The notes under the pieces: model-generated
What the model saw: only the letters and a program-made list of their open reading frames with translations
Databases searched by the model: none
Told to the model about the DNA's origin: nothing
Position numbers and translations under genes: made by a program
Shown: piece by piece, positions 9,894 to 18,765 of the stretch
Layout: each line of letters opens with the position of its first letter
Position numbering within the stretch: position 1 is the first letter of the stretch
NCBI GenBank assembly: GCA_049587715.1
Contig: JBAVEL010000186.1
Span: 16,567-80,566 of the forward strand
Length of the DNA: 64,000 nucleotides
From: Bacteroidota bacterium
GTDB taxonomy: Bacteria > Bacteroidota > Ignavibacteria > UBA10030 > UBA6906
Direction: 5' to 3'

Positions 9894-12800
9894 ATGAAGC
9901 GCCTTTCTCGATGGCTTGCAGCGGGTCTCCTGTGCCTGGCCGCCATGCCGTGGGTCTCCCCCGCACAGCACGTTCCCAGCAAGGAGCGGGTGGACGCGAG
10001 CCTCCGCCGCCGGACGGAGATTGACGGCAACAACGTCCGGACGAGCGTGTTCAATTTCGTCTTCTCGGGTCGTACGAGCGGGGATCCCAGCGCCGGGGTC
10101 CCCTACGAATGGCCCAAGAACACAAAGCGGTACTACGTGGCCCTGGTGGCCCTGTTCGTGGGAGCGGAGGTTTCGGACGACACGGGGAGAACGGTACGGA
10201 TTGTGGACCTCCCGGAGTACCGGCAGAGCCCTTCGGGGGGGAACTGGAACATGAACCCGGTCAAGGGCTACTTCAACGTGGCCCGGGGCAGGATCGCCAA
10301 GAGCGACGAGCCCGATACGTGGCCGGTGTTCTGGCCCGACAAGATGTCGGACCCCGTGGATCCCGGCTGGAGATTCGAGGGGCCCAACAACACCGACCCT
10401 GATCCGACGCGTCCCGCCTGGAACGGCTTCTTCGGGAAGGGGCAGTTCAGCGCCGACCAGGAGCTCTATGCCCGCGTGGGGGACAACAACTACGACCGCT
10501 TTAACTACTCCCCCGACACGACCGACCCGACCCGCCGGGGTCTCGGGCTGATCATTGACCAGAGGGTGCTCGCCTGGTCGCAGGCCTCGGTGGCGGACGC
10601 GGTGTTCTTCATCCACGAGGTGAAGAACGACGGGTCCAAGGACATCAAGAAGACGGCCGTCACGCTCTGGCTTGCCGACTTTGTGGGAGGAGACGGGGAC
10701 TCGCAGGACGACACCCCCGATTTCGACCTGATTCTGGATGTGGCATTCTCCCTGGATGCGGACGGCCTGAGCAGCAATCCCGCCTTCCAGGGGGCCTACG
10801 TGGGAGCGGCTGCCACTCTGTACCTGGAGACCCCCGGCAACGCAGTGGACCGGATCGACAACGACGGCGACTGCCCCGAGTTCGCCATGGGGCCGCGGGT
10901 CCTGTTCCAGACCACCCAGGGGGCCGGTCCGTTCGGGCCGGAGGTACCCGGGAACCAGCTGGATGACAACGGGAACGGGCTCATCGACGAGGACTCCACC
11001 TACATCCCCTTCGGGCAGCAGAGGGGTGTGGGCTTTGCGGACGGAATCGACAACGACGGAAACGGGGAAGCGGGCAGTCCCCTGGTCACGACGGCCATGG
11101 TCAACCAGGCCTCCTCCGATCCCTGGCAGCGCTGGCCCGCCAATCCCGAGAGCGATCCCTTCATGCAGGGCCTCATCCACCTGATTCAGGTGGGGTCGGA
11201 GGACGAGGGGGCGGCTTTCCGCGACCGCATCGACAACAACGGGGACTGCCCGGACTCGCTCCCCACGGTCACGCAGGCCATGATTGATGAGGCCGCCGGC
11301 GATCCCTTCCGACGCTACAGGGTCCCCGGCACCGGGATCATCCTCTATGACGTGGGATCGGAGGATCTGGGACGGAAATATCTCCACAGGGACAACCTGA
11401 GTGTGGCGTTCCTGGATGAAGGCATCGATGAGATGATCGACGAATCCCGGAACGACGGCATCGACAACGACGGCGACTGGGACCCCCTGCGCGACGACGT
11501 GGGGCTGGACGGGGCGCCGGGAACGGGGGATGTGGGGGAGGGGGACGGGAAACCCACTTCGGGCGTGGGAACACCCTTCCCGGGTGAGCCCAACATCGAC
11601 AAGACGGATGTCTCGGAGGCCGACCAGATCGGGCTCACGAACGTCCAGTATCTTCCGGCGGGCGCCATCAACTTTTCCACCACTCCCGACATCTTCTTCT
11701 GGGCCAGTTTCATGCTCCCGGGCAGTTTCGTGGATCCCAGTCTCATCGGCACGGGGGAGTATGACCTCTTCGTCTCCTCGGGTGTGTTCCCCATGCGGGC
11801 GGGTCAGATCGAGCGGATCTCGTATGCCGTGGTGTTCGGCGCGGCCGTGCGTCCCGGGAACGCAATGGTCTCGGGAGCCAAGGCCGACGCGCTGCGGAAG
11901 AGGGATTTCGCGGTGCTGGCCTACAGCGAGGATTACCAGTTTGCCCAGGCGCCCGTGGAGCCGACGCTTACGGCCGTGGCGGGGGACGGGAGGGTCACCC
12001 TGTACTGGGATGACCGGGCGGAATCCTCCGTGGACAGGTTCCTGGCCGGCATCCCGGGAGCCCAGGCCATGGACTTCGAGGGATACCGCATCTACAGGGC
12101 CACGGACGCGGCGTTCGAGGACGCCCGACTGATTACCGACGGATACGGCAGCCCCGCGCCCTTCCTGAAGCCGATTGCGCAGTTCGACATCAAGAACGGC
12201 ATCAAGGGATTCCACCCCACCCCGTACAACGGTGTGCAGTTCGACCTGGGGTCGGACAACGGTCTGATCCATGCCTGGACGGATTCCACCGTCCAGAACG
12301 GCCAGAGATACTACTATGCCATCCGCGCGTACGATCAGGGGTACGTGCCCCTCAGCATCAGCCCGGCGGAGAGCAACCTGAAGATCAGCATCGACAACGT
12401 GACGGGGGAGGTCACCTCGGTGGGAACCTCCATCGCCATCGTGACGCCCGAGGCGCCCGTGGCGGGCTACCTTCCCCCCGAGGTGAGTCCGATCCAGCTC
12501 GTCCGGGGGACCACCACGGGGGTTGTGGGATACACGGTGGTGGATCCCAACCTGGTGAAGGACGGACACCGCTACCGCATCACATTTGCGGACTCGGTGC
12601 TTCCGGGCTCCACCCCGACCGCTCCCGATACCTTCCGGACCACGAGCTACACGCTGGCGGATATCACGGAGGCTGCGTTTCCCGATACCCTGGTGAACCA
12701 GAAGCGGGAGCTGGCCGACACCTCGGAGCAGCCCATCGTGGACGGCTTCCAGCTCACCTTCCGGAACGAGCGCTTCTTCGGCGTGAACCCCGAGCGGTCC

Positions 12801-13628
12801 GGGTGGTCCAACGACAGCATCTGGGCCCTGGATTTCCGGCAATGGAAAGCCATCCCGTTCTTCCAGGGACTCCAGAAACCGGCCGACTATCTGCTGACCT
12901 TCGGCCCCGTGGGATCCGACACCTCCACCCAGTTCACCGTGGCGAGCGGCCCGAGCGGCACCCCGCCCGCCCGACCGGTGAACTTCCGTGTGTTCAACAC
13001 GAGCGAGAACAAACAGATTGACTTCGCCTTCCTGGAGCTGGATAACGGCGGCGGGGCGGGCCTGTTCAGCGCCCGCTACGACGCCTTCGGACGGACCATC
13101 AGCGACATCATCGTGTTTCTGGAGCGCGACGCAAGCGACAGTGTGGTGATCACCTGGAGTTTCCGGGCCGTCTTCGATTCCAGCAGCAGGCGGAGGGGCC
13201 CGCGCGACGGTGACACCGCCGTGGTGGTTCTGGCCAAGCTCTTCCGGTCCTCGGATGTATTCGAGTTTGCGACTTCGGCCCAGAGGGTGGATCCCGACAG
13301 GGCCCGGCGCGAACTGGACCGCATCAAGGTGGTGCCGAATCCCTACGTGGCGGCCGCCGCCTGGGAGGGGAGAAACCCGTTCTCCTCGGGACGCGGCCCC
13401 CGGTCGCTCCACTTCATCCACCTTCCGCAGCGGTGTACCATCAGGATCTTCACGGTGAGCGGGGAGCTTGTGTCCACGATCGAGCACGAGAGCGGGATCC
13501 TGGACGGCACGGCGGAGTGGAACCTTCTCACCCGCGACAACCTGGACGTGGCCTACGGAGTGTACATCTATCACGTGGATGCGCCGGGACTGGGGGAGAA
13601 GGTGGGCAAGTTCGCCATCATCAAGTAG
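9894..13628 (+). CDS. Large (1244 aa) secreted protein with thrombospondin-type-3-like Ca-binding DxDxDG repeats and a T9SS/FlgD-Ig-type C-terminal sorting domain
   Basis: AAGGAG RBS 8 nt upstream. Signal peptide MKRLSRWLAAGLLCLAAMPWVSPA. Repeats RIDNDGDCPE, GIDNDGNGEAG, RIDNNGDCPD, GIDNDGDWDPLRDDVGLDGAPGTGDVGEGDG. C-terminus VVPNPYV..CTIRIFTVSGELVSTIE..GVYIYHV..GKFAIIK. Confidence 0.75.
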   Translation: MKRLSRWLAAGLLCLAAMPWVSPAQHVPSKERVDASLRRRTEIDGNNVRTSVFNFVFSGRTSGDPSAGVPYEWPKNTKRYYVALVALFVGAEVSDDTGRTVRIVDLPEYRQSPSGGNWNMNPVKGYFNVARGRIAKSDEPDTWPVFWPDKMSDPVDPGWRFEGPNNTDPDPTRPAWNGFFGKGQFSADQELYARVGDNNYDRFNYSPDTTDPTRRGLGLIIDQRVLAWSQASVADAVFFIHEVKNDGSKDIKKTAVTLWLADFVGGDGDSQDDTPDFDLILDVAFSLDADGLSSNPAFQGAYVGAAATLYLETPGNAVDRIDNDGDCPEFAMGPRVLFQTTQGAGPFGPEVPGNQLDDNGNGLIDEDSTYIPFGQQRGVGFADGIDNDGNGEAGSPLVTTAMVNQASSDPWQRWPANPESDPFMQGLIHLIQVGSEDEGAAFRDRIDNNGDCPDSLPTVTQAMIDEAAGDPFRRYRVPGTGIILYDVGSEDLGRKYLHRDNLSVAFLDEGIDEMIDESRNDGIDNDGDWDPLRDDVGLDGAPGTGDVGEGDGKPTSGVGTPFPGEPNIDKTDVSEADQIGLTNVQYLPAGAINFSTTPDIFFWASFMLPGSFVDPSLIGTGEYDLFVSSGVFPMRAGQIERISYAVVFGAAVRPGNAMVSGAKADALRKRDFAVLAYSEDYQFAQAPVEPTLTAVAGDGRVTLYWDDRAESSVDRFLAGIPGAQAMDFEGYRIYRATDAAFEDARLITDGYGSPAPFLKPIAQFDIKNGIKGFHPTPYNGVQFDLGSDNGLIHAWTDSTVQNGQRYYYAIRAYDQGYVPLSISPAESNLKISIDNVTGEVTSVGTSIAIVTPEAPVAGYLPPEVSPIQLVRGTTTGVVGYTVVDPNLVKDGHRYRITFADSVLPGSTPTAPDTFRTTSYTLADITEAAFPDTLVNQKRELADTSEQPIVDGFQLTFRNERFFGVNPERSGWSNDSIWALDFRQWKAIPFFQGLQKPADYLLTFGPVGSDTSTQFTVASGPSGTPPARPVNFRVFNTSENKQIDFAFLELDNGGGAGLFSARYDAFGRTISDIIVFLERDASDSVVITWSFRAVFDSSSRRRGPRDGDTAVVVLAKLFRSSDVFEFATSAQRVDPDRARRELDRIKVVPNPYVAAAAWEGRNPFSSGRGPRSLHFIHLPQRCTIRIFTVSGELVSTIEHESGILDGTAEWNLLTRDNLDVAYGVYIYHVDAPGLGEKVGKFAIIK

Positions 13629-13678
13629 AGCCGTCCTCCCATGCGTACAACGAAAAGAATGACGGAGAGGAGAAACCC

Positions 13679-14707
13679 GTGAAACGGTCAGCCGGTTTGT
13701 TCGCCATCATCTTCCTCCTTGGTGCCGCGGCCGCCCCGGCGGCGCAGGCGCAGGAGGTCACCAAAGTCGGCACCACCTCGGCGAAGTTCCTGAGCATCCC
13801 CGTGGGTGCACGCGCGGTGGGAATGGGAGGGGCGTTTGTGGCCGTAGCCAACGATGCCTCCGCCATGTTCTGGAATCCGGCCGGGATCACGAAGATCTTC
13901 CAGGCGGAAGCCCTCTTCACCCATGCCCAGTGGCTTGCCGACATCGACTTCAACTACGGGGGGGTGGTGTTTCCCGTGGAGGGGGTGGGTGTCCTGGGCG
14001 TCAACTTCACCTCGCTGACAATGGACGAGATGGAGCGGACGACGGAACGGCAGCCCGAGGGTACGGGGGAGTTCTTCTCCGTGGGGAGCATCGCCGTGGG
14101 TGTGGCGTACGCGCGGGAGCTCACGGACTGGTTCTCCATCGGGGGAAACGCCAAGTACGTCCGGGAAAGCATCTGGAACTCCAGCGCCACCGGCTTCGCC
14201 GTGGACGTGGGAACGCTGTTCCAGACCCCCTTCTCGGGTCTCCGCTTCGGCGCCGCCATCACGAATTTCGGGACGAAGCTCCAGATGACCGGAGAAGACC
14301 TTCTGGTCCAGAAGGACATCAGCCCGAACAACGGGAACAACCCCAACGTGAACGCGGAGCTGAAAACCGACCGCTTCGACATGCCCCTGACCCTGCGGAT
14401 CGGGCTGGCCTATGAGCCGATTGCGGACGAAGACCAGCAGCTCACGATTGTGGCCGATGCGGTGCACCCCAACGACAACTCCGAGAGCATCAGCATCGGG
14501 GGAGAGTACAGCGGGTTCCGGCGGATACTCTCCATCCGCGGGGGATACCGCTCCCTGGGCCAGCTCGACGCGGAAGAGGAGTTCACCGTGGGAGGCGGAG
14601 TGCGGTACCCCGTGTCACCCGCGCTGACACTGAAGTTCGACTATGCCTTCGAGCGGTTCGGCCGGCTGGACAACGTGCACAAGTTCTCGTTCGGGATCAT
14701 GTTCTGA
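13679..14707 (+). CDS. PorV/PorQ-family outer-membrane beta-barrel (FadL-like, T9SS shuttle/anchor paralog)
   Basis: GTG start with GGAGAGGAG RBS. Signal peptide then hallmark TSAKFLSIPVGARAVGMGGAFVAVANDASAMFWNPAGI. C-terminal ...KFSFGIMF. Family assignment is from motif memory only. Confidence 0.6.
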   Translation: MKRSAGLFAIIFLLGAAAAPAAQAQEVTKVGTTSAKFLSIPVGARAVGMGGAFVAVANDASAMFWNPAGITKIFQAEALFTHAQWLADIDFNYGGVVFPVEGVGVLGVNFTSLTMDEMERTTERQPEGTGEFFSVGSIAVGVAYARELTDWFSIGGNAKYVRESIWNSSATGFAVDVGTLFQTPFSGLRFGAAITNFGTKLQMTGEDLLVQKDISPNNGNNPNVNAELKTDRFDMPLTLRIGLAYEPIADEDQQLTIVADAVHPNDNSESISIGGEYSGFRRILSIRGGYRSLGQLDAEEEFTVGGGVRYPVSPALTLKFDYAFERFGRLDNVHKFSFGIMF

Positions 14708-14762
14708 GGGGAATCCACACAAACAACGTCCGTTCACCCACAACAACAAGCAGGAGGAAGCC

Positions 14763-16664
14763 ATGAGACACCGTTGGCTCATGCATGCCGTAGCCCTGGG
14801 CGTGCTCGTCTGTCTGGCCGCGGGCCTGTCGGTCGCCCAGAACGACGCAACGTTCCAGGTCAACATGAAGATCAAGATGAAGGAGGGAACCTTCCTGCCC
14901 GGGAGCGGGGATATTGTCCGCGTCGCGGGAGGATTCAACAACTGGGGGAGCTCCACCGACACCCTGCGGGATGGGGATGGAGACAGCATCTACACCAAGA
15001 CCATCTCCCTTGCCACCGGGGCCATCCTCTACAAGTTCCTCAAGACCCCGCGGGGAGGCCTCGACTGGGAGGCGGACCCGAACCGGGAATACACGGTGGT
15101 GGCGGGATCCCAGACGATTCCCGTCGTCTATTTCGACCGCGACTCCATCTACAACCCCCCCACGGCGGACGTTCCGGTGACCTTCGGGGTGGACATGGGA
15201 GTGCTCATGTGCGAGGGGTTGTTCCTTCCGGGAAGCGGGGACATCGTGCGCGTGGCGGGGGGGTTCAACAACTGGGGTGGATCCACGGACACCCTCAAGG
15301 ATGCGGACAATGACAGCATCTACACCAAGACGATCACCCTGATGGAGAGCCAGGCCATCCGGTACAAGTTCCTGAAGACCCCCCGGGGGGGGATTGACTG
15401 GGAGGGGAACGTGAATCCCTCCGATCCCGACGGAAACCGCACCTACACCGTTCCCACCGGCGGAGGTCCCATTCCGGTCGCCTACTTCAACAACGATTCG
15501 GTCTGCAGCATCGTGGTGACCGCCAACGTCCTCTGGCAGGCGGAGATGACCCCGTACCAGCAGCTGGGGTGGTTCAACCCCGTCATCGATTCCCTACAGG
15601 TGCGGGGAGGGTTCAACTCATGGGGCGGGTCCCTCATGGACTTCGACCCGCTCACCACGGGGACCTACTTTGTGACCGTGCCCGTGACGGGCTCCGTCGG
15701 AGAGCCGGTGTTCCACAAGTACTTCATCGACCTGGACGAGGCCACGGCCGAGACCCGCTTCCCCGGATACTCGGGGGATGCGGACGGAGTCCGCTATGAG
15801 CATCCATACACCCGGGGAGACGGGAACCGGGGCTTTGCCATTCCCGGCGGCGGCAACCAGGCCACGGAGCTCTTCTGGTTCAGCGACATTCATCCGGGGG
15901 GCCTCCTGAAGAACCTCACGGACACCGTGTCGGTCACGATGCGGGTGGACATGGGGCCGGCCACGCGGGACGCCATCGCCTTCGACCCGGCGGCGGACAG
16001 CGTGCGGATCATCTTCTTCGACCGGATGTGGGTGGGGGCGCAGGCGGCCCGGCAGGGCGGGACGTCGTCGTCGTTCCCCAATATCGATCTCCTCCCCACG
16101 CCCGATCCGGCCGACACGATCTACCAGGGGACCTTCAAGGTCGTGGGGAAGGCCCACTACGGCATCCTGTACGGGTATGAGTTCCGCCAGCCCGGCGGGG
16201 CCACCTCCAGCGAGGGTGCGGGACTCGGCGCCCAGGGAGGGCGGAGGGTCCGTTTCATCCAGCCCCTGGCTCCCAACTCGTTCCCCCGGTTCTATACCGC
16301 TCCGCTGGACAGCTGGAAGAAGAACGCGCCGCTGTTCGGGGAGACTCCTCCCTACAACCCTTCAGCGGGTGTGATCGAAGATCCCACGCCGGGGGTGCCC
16401 GAGGGCTTCACCCTGGGGCAGAACTACCCCAACCCCTTCAACCCGAGCACGAAGTTCCGGTACAGCGTGCCCGAGAAGGCGCGGGTGATGCTCCGGGTGT
16501 ATGATATCCTCGGGCGTGAAGTGGCTACCCTGGTGAATCAGGAGCAGGCGGCGGGAAGCTACATTGCTCTGTTCGAGTCCAACAACCTGCCCACGGGCGT
16601 CTACTTCTACCGCCTGGAGGCGGGCAGGTTCAGCGAGACCCGGAAGATGGTGCTGCTGAGGTAG
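14763..16664 (+). CDS. Secreted protein with three tandem starch/glycogen-binding CBM-like domains (VAGGFNNWG motif) and a T9SS C-terminal sorting domain
   Basis: AGGAGGA RBS. Signal peptide MRHRWLMHAVALGVLVCLAAGLSVAQ. Repeats GDIVRVAGGFNNWG(S/G)STDTL..YKFLKTPRGG(L/I)DWE. C-terminal tail QNYPNPFNPSTKFRYSVPEKARVMLRVYDILGREVATLV..GVYFYRLEAGRFSETRKMVLLR. Confidence 0.8.
   Translation: MRHRWLMHAVALGVLVCLAAGLSVAQNDATFQVNMKIKMKEGTFLPGSGDIVRVAGGFNNWGSSTDTLRDGDGDSIYTKTISLATGAILYKFLKTPRGGLDWEADPNREYTVVAGSQTIPVVYFDRDSIYNPPTADVPVTFGVDMGVLMCEGLFLPGSGDIVRVAGGFNNWGGSTDTLKDADNDSIYTKTITLMESQAIRYKFLKTPRGGIDWEGNVNPSDPDGNRTYTVPTGGGPIPVAYFNNDSVCSIVVTANVLWQAEMTPYQQLGWFNPVIDSLQVRGGFNSWGGSLMDFDPLTTGTYFVTVPVTGSVGEPVFHKYFIDLDEATAETRFPGYSGDADGVRYEHPYTRGDGNRGFAIPGGGNQATELFWFSDIHPGGLLKNLTDTVSVTMRVDMGPATRDAIAFDPAADSVRIIFFDRMWVGAQAARQGGTSSSFPNIDLLPTPDPADTIYQGTFKVVGKAHYGILYGYEFRQPGGATSSEGAGLGAQGGRRVRFIQPLAPNSFPRFYTAPLDSWKKNAPLFGETPPYNPSAGVIEDPTPGVPEGFTLGQNYPNPFNPSTKFRYSVPEKARVMLRVYDILGREVATLVNQEQAAGSYIALFESNNLPTGVYFYRLEAGRFSETRKMVLLR
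14844..15590 (+). repeat. Intragenic tandem duplication of a CBM-like domain (two ~370-nt units with high nucleotide identity)
   Basis: Unit 1 ...ttcctgcccgggagcggggatattgtccgcgtcgcgggaggattcaacaactggggg... and unit 2 ...ttccttccgggaagcggggacatcgtgcgcgtggcgggggggttcaacaactggggt... A third more diverged unit follows. Confidence 0.6.
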
Positions 16665-16694
16665 GCCGGAGGCCCGTTCCGGGATGCCACATTC

Positions 16695-16740
16695 GGGGCC
16701 CCGGCTTCCCTTCACCGGGAGGCCGGGGCCCCCTGTTTCA
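16695..16740. terminator. GC-rich hairpin (GGGGCCCCGGC...GCCGGGGCCCC) between convergent genes
   Basis: 11-bp perfect stem followed by ctgtttc on the plus strand. Lies between the CBM gene end (16664) and the stop of the convergent SGNH/TPR gene (16738). Confidence 0.45.
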
Positions 16741-18765
16741 GGGGGGTGGGAGCCGGCCGAGGAGACCCCGTGCAAGTTCGTTCGCGGGATCCAGAGTGAG
16801 GGACTCCTCCAGGTCCCGCCGGGCTTCCGCCTGCCTCCCCTGCCGGAGCCGGGAAAGGGCCAGGAGGTACCAGGCCGAGGAATGGGCTCCGGCTCCGAAT
16901 TTCCGGGGGCCCGTGCGCTCCACCTCCAGAGCCCGCAGGATCTCCCTCTCGGCTTCAGGGCCGTTGCCCTCGTCCACCAGGATGATGGCAAGCTTCATGC
17001 GGGCGTAGGGGTTCTCCTCCACCCGGAAGCACTCCCGGTAGGCCCGCTTGGCTTCGGTGTTCAGGCCTTCGTCCCTGTAGTAGTCCGCCACTCTCAACAG
17101 GGGCTGGTAGGAGAAGGGGATGACCTTTGCCACGGCCAGGCATTCCCGGCGGGCGGGGCCGTACATCCCCCGGGCCGCGTAGCGGTCGGCCAGAAGGTAG
17201 CGCGCGTCGGACCACGCAAGGCGTCCCCGGATGTACTCGAAGGCCAGGCTGTCCAGGAATCCCGCAGGTATGAATCGGACATCGGGCGGTCCCGACGCAA
17301 ACGGCCATCGGCGCATCAACAGCTCCACGCGGATGCGTCCCACGGTCCTGTCGAAATCGGAAACCGTGGAGGATTCCATGAGCGCATCATCCCCCTTCTC
17401 TGCGGAGTCCGCCCATGCATCGGCGGGAACAAGCAGCCGGTTTCCGCGGATCGTGCGGGCCAGCACCTTTGCCATCAGGAAATAGCCGTCCACATTCGGG
17501 TGCAGGTGCTCCAGGAGGAGCTCCGATCCCGGGATGCCGCCGGGGCTCCGTCTCCGGAATGCGGAATCCACGGGCGCGAGCGGGGTGCCGGTGGCGCGGC
17601 ATATGCGCCCGAGATCATCCATGAATTCGGCGCTGGCCCGGAACCGGAGGGCGTCCAGATCCCGGGCCCGCGCGAACATCGCTTCTGCTTCCCGGTAGTC
17701 TCCCTTTCCAAAGAGCACACTGCCGGCGGCGAAGAATGCCCCCGCGTGGAGGGTATCCAGCGCGGCTGCCTGCCGGTAGCAGGCAAGGGCCGCCTCTGCA
17801 TCCGTGCGCATTTCCAGGTATGTCCCCCGCGCCATGAGGGAGTCCCACCGTCGCCGGGTTTCGTCCGGGAGCCCGGGCCCGTGCACGGCTGAAAAGGGAG
17901 CCTGGGTCCGTGTGTTGCTGACCAGGGAGCACAGGATGAGGGGGACCCCCTGGGAGCGGGCCTCCCGGATGATCATCCCCAGGTTCTCCGTGTAGATTTC
18001 CCTCGCCCTGCGGTAGAGGTCCGATCCGTACGGGATGGTCTGCTCCCGGACCACCTGTGCCATGAGGCTTCCCCGACGGGGATCGGGGGGAGGGGCCAGG
18101 CGGTCGCGCAACTCAAGGTATGCGTCCCGCGCCAGGAGGAAGGTCCGGAATCTGAGCAGAGACAGCGCCAGGCGCGCGGCCAGCCCCCCGCCGGGGATCC
18201 CCACCCGGGAGCCCACCCCGTAGGCCCCGTAGAACTCGTTGTGCCCCACATAGACGATGTAGAGGTCCGGCTGGTAGTTTCCCAGTTCCTCCAGGAAGTC
18301 CCCCACGATGAAGCTCCCGGCCGCGGAAAGCCCCGCATTCACCATCTCAACCTCGTAGCCGGGGAGGAGCGCCCTCAGCCGGTCGCGCAGGAAACCGGGG
18401 GCCGTCGCGTGGAATTCATAGGGGAAACCCGCCATCGTGGATTCGCCCAGGCAGAAGATGCGGATGGTGTTCTTCGGCTTCCGCACCCGGAAGGCGTCGT
18501 CGGCCGGTTCCGGGATGGAAGTGCCCGAACCCGCGAAGTAGCGCCGTCCCACATCCCGGTTGATCCTGAACATCTCCTCCTTGGCGATGCGGGTGCGGAC
18601 CACCAAGTCCAGGTTGCCTCCGTAGTCGATGCGGCGGAGGAACAGCTCCAGACCGGCGAGGAGCAGCCAGGGGATGACGGCCACGACGATCGTAAACAGC
18701 CGGCGACGCGCACGCGGGAGGGGGAGGGCCGGCGGGCGGACCCGGGGCTTGCGGATGCGCTTCAC
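16738..18765 (-). CDS. Membrane-anchored SGNH/GDSL-hydrolase-like domain + C-terminal TPR repeats (paralog A)
   Basis: Track ORF 16738..19176 trimmed to GTG (VKRIRKP...) that overlaps the upstream paralog's stop (GTGA). TM helix LFTIVVAVIPWLLLAGLELFL. SGNH blocks IFCLGESTMAG, VNAGLSA, VYVGHNEF, LLEHLHPN. TPR-like C-terminal half. Confidence 0.65.
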   Translation of the reverse strand: MKRIRKPRVRPPALPLPRARRRLFTIVVAVIPWLLLAGLELFLRRIDYGGNLDLVVRTRIAKEEMFRINRDVGRRYFAGSGTSIPEPADDAFRVRKPKNTIRIFCLGESTMAGFPYEFHATAPGFLRDRLRALLPGYEVEMVNAGLSAAGSFIVGDFLEELGNYQPDLYIVYVGHNEFYGAYGVGSRVGIPGGGLAARLALSLLRFRTFLLARDAYLELRDRLAPPPDPRRGSLMAQVVREQTIPYGSDLYRRAREIYTENLGMIIREARSQGVPLILCSLVSNTRTQAPFSAVHGPGLPDETRRRWDSLMARGTYLEMRTDAEAALACYRQAAALDTLHAGAFFAAGSVLFGKGDYREAEAMFARARDLDALRFRASAEFMDDLGRICRATGTPLAPVDSAFRRRSPGGIPGSELLLEHLHPNVDGYFLMAKVLARTIRGNRLLVPADAWADSAEKGDDALMESSTVSDFDRTVGRIRVELLMRRWPFASGPPDVRFIPAGFLDSLAFEYIRGRLAWSDARYLLADRYAARGMYGPARRECLAVAKVIPFSYQPLLRVADYYRDEGLNTEAKRAYRECFRVEENPYARMKLAIILVDEGNGPEAEREILRALEVERTGPRKFGAGAHSSAWYLLALSRLRQGRQAEARRDLEESLTLDPANELARGLLGRLPPP

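Noticed and set aside
7055-13574. Two very long minus-strand ORFs (648 aa and 1231 aa) opposite the TonB receptor and the giant cargo gene
   Set aside because: Translations are His/Arg/Pro/Gly-rich without domain signatures. The plus-strand genes carry signal peptides, RBSs and recognisable domains.
9894-13628. Possible zinc-metalloprotease motif (HEVKND) in the giant protein
   Set aside because: Pattern is HExxN, not HExxH. No peptidase call made.
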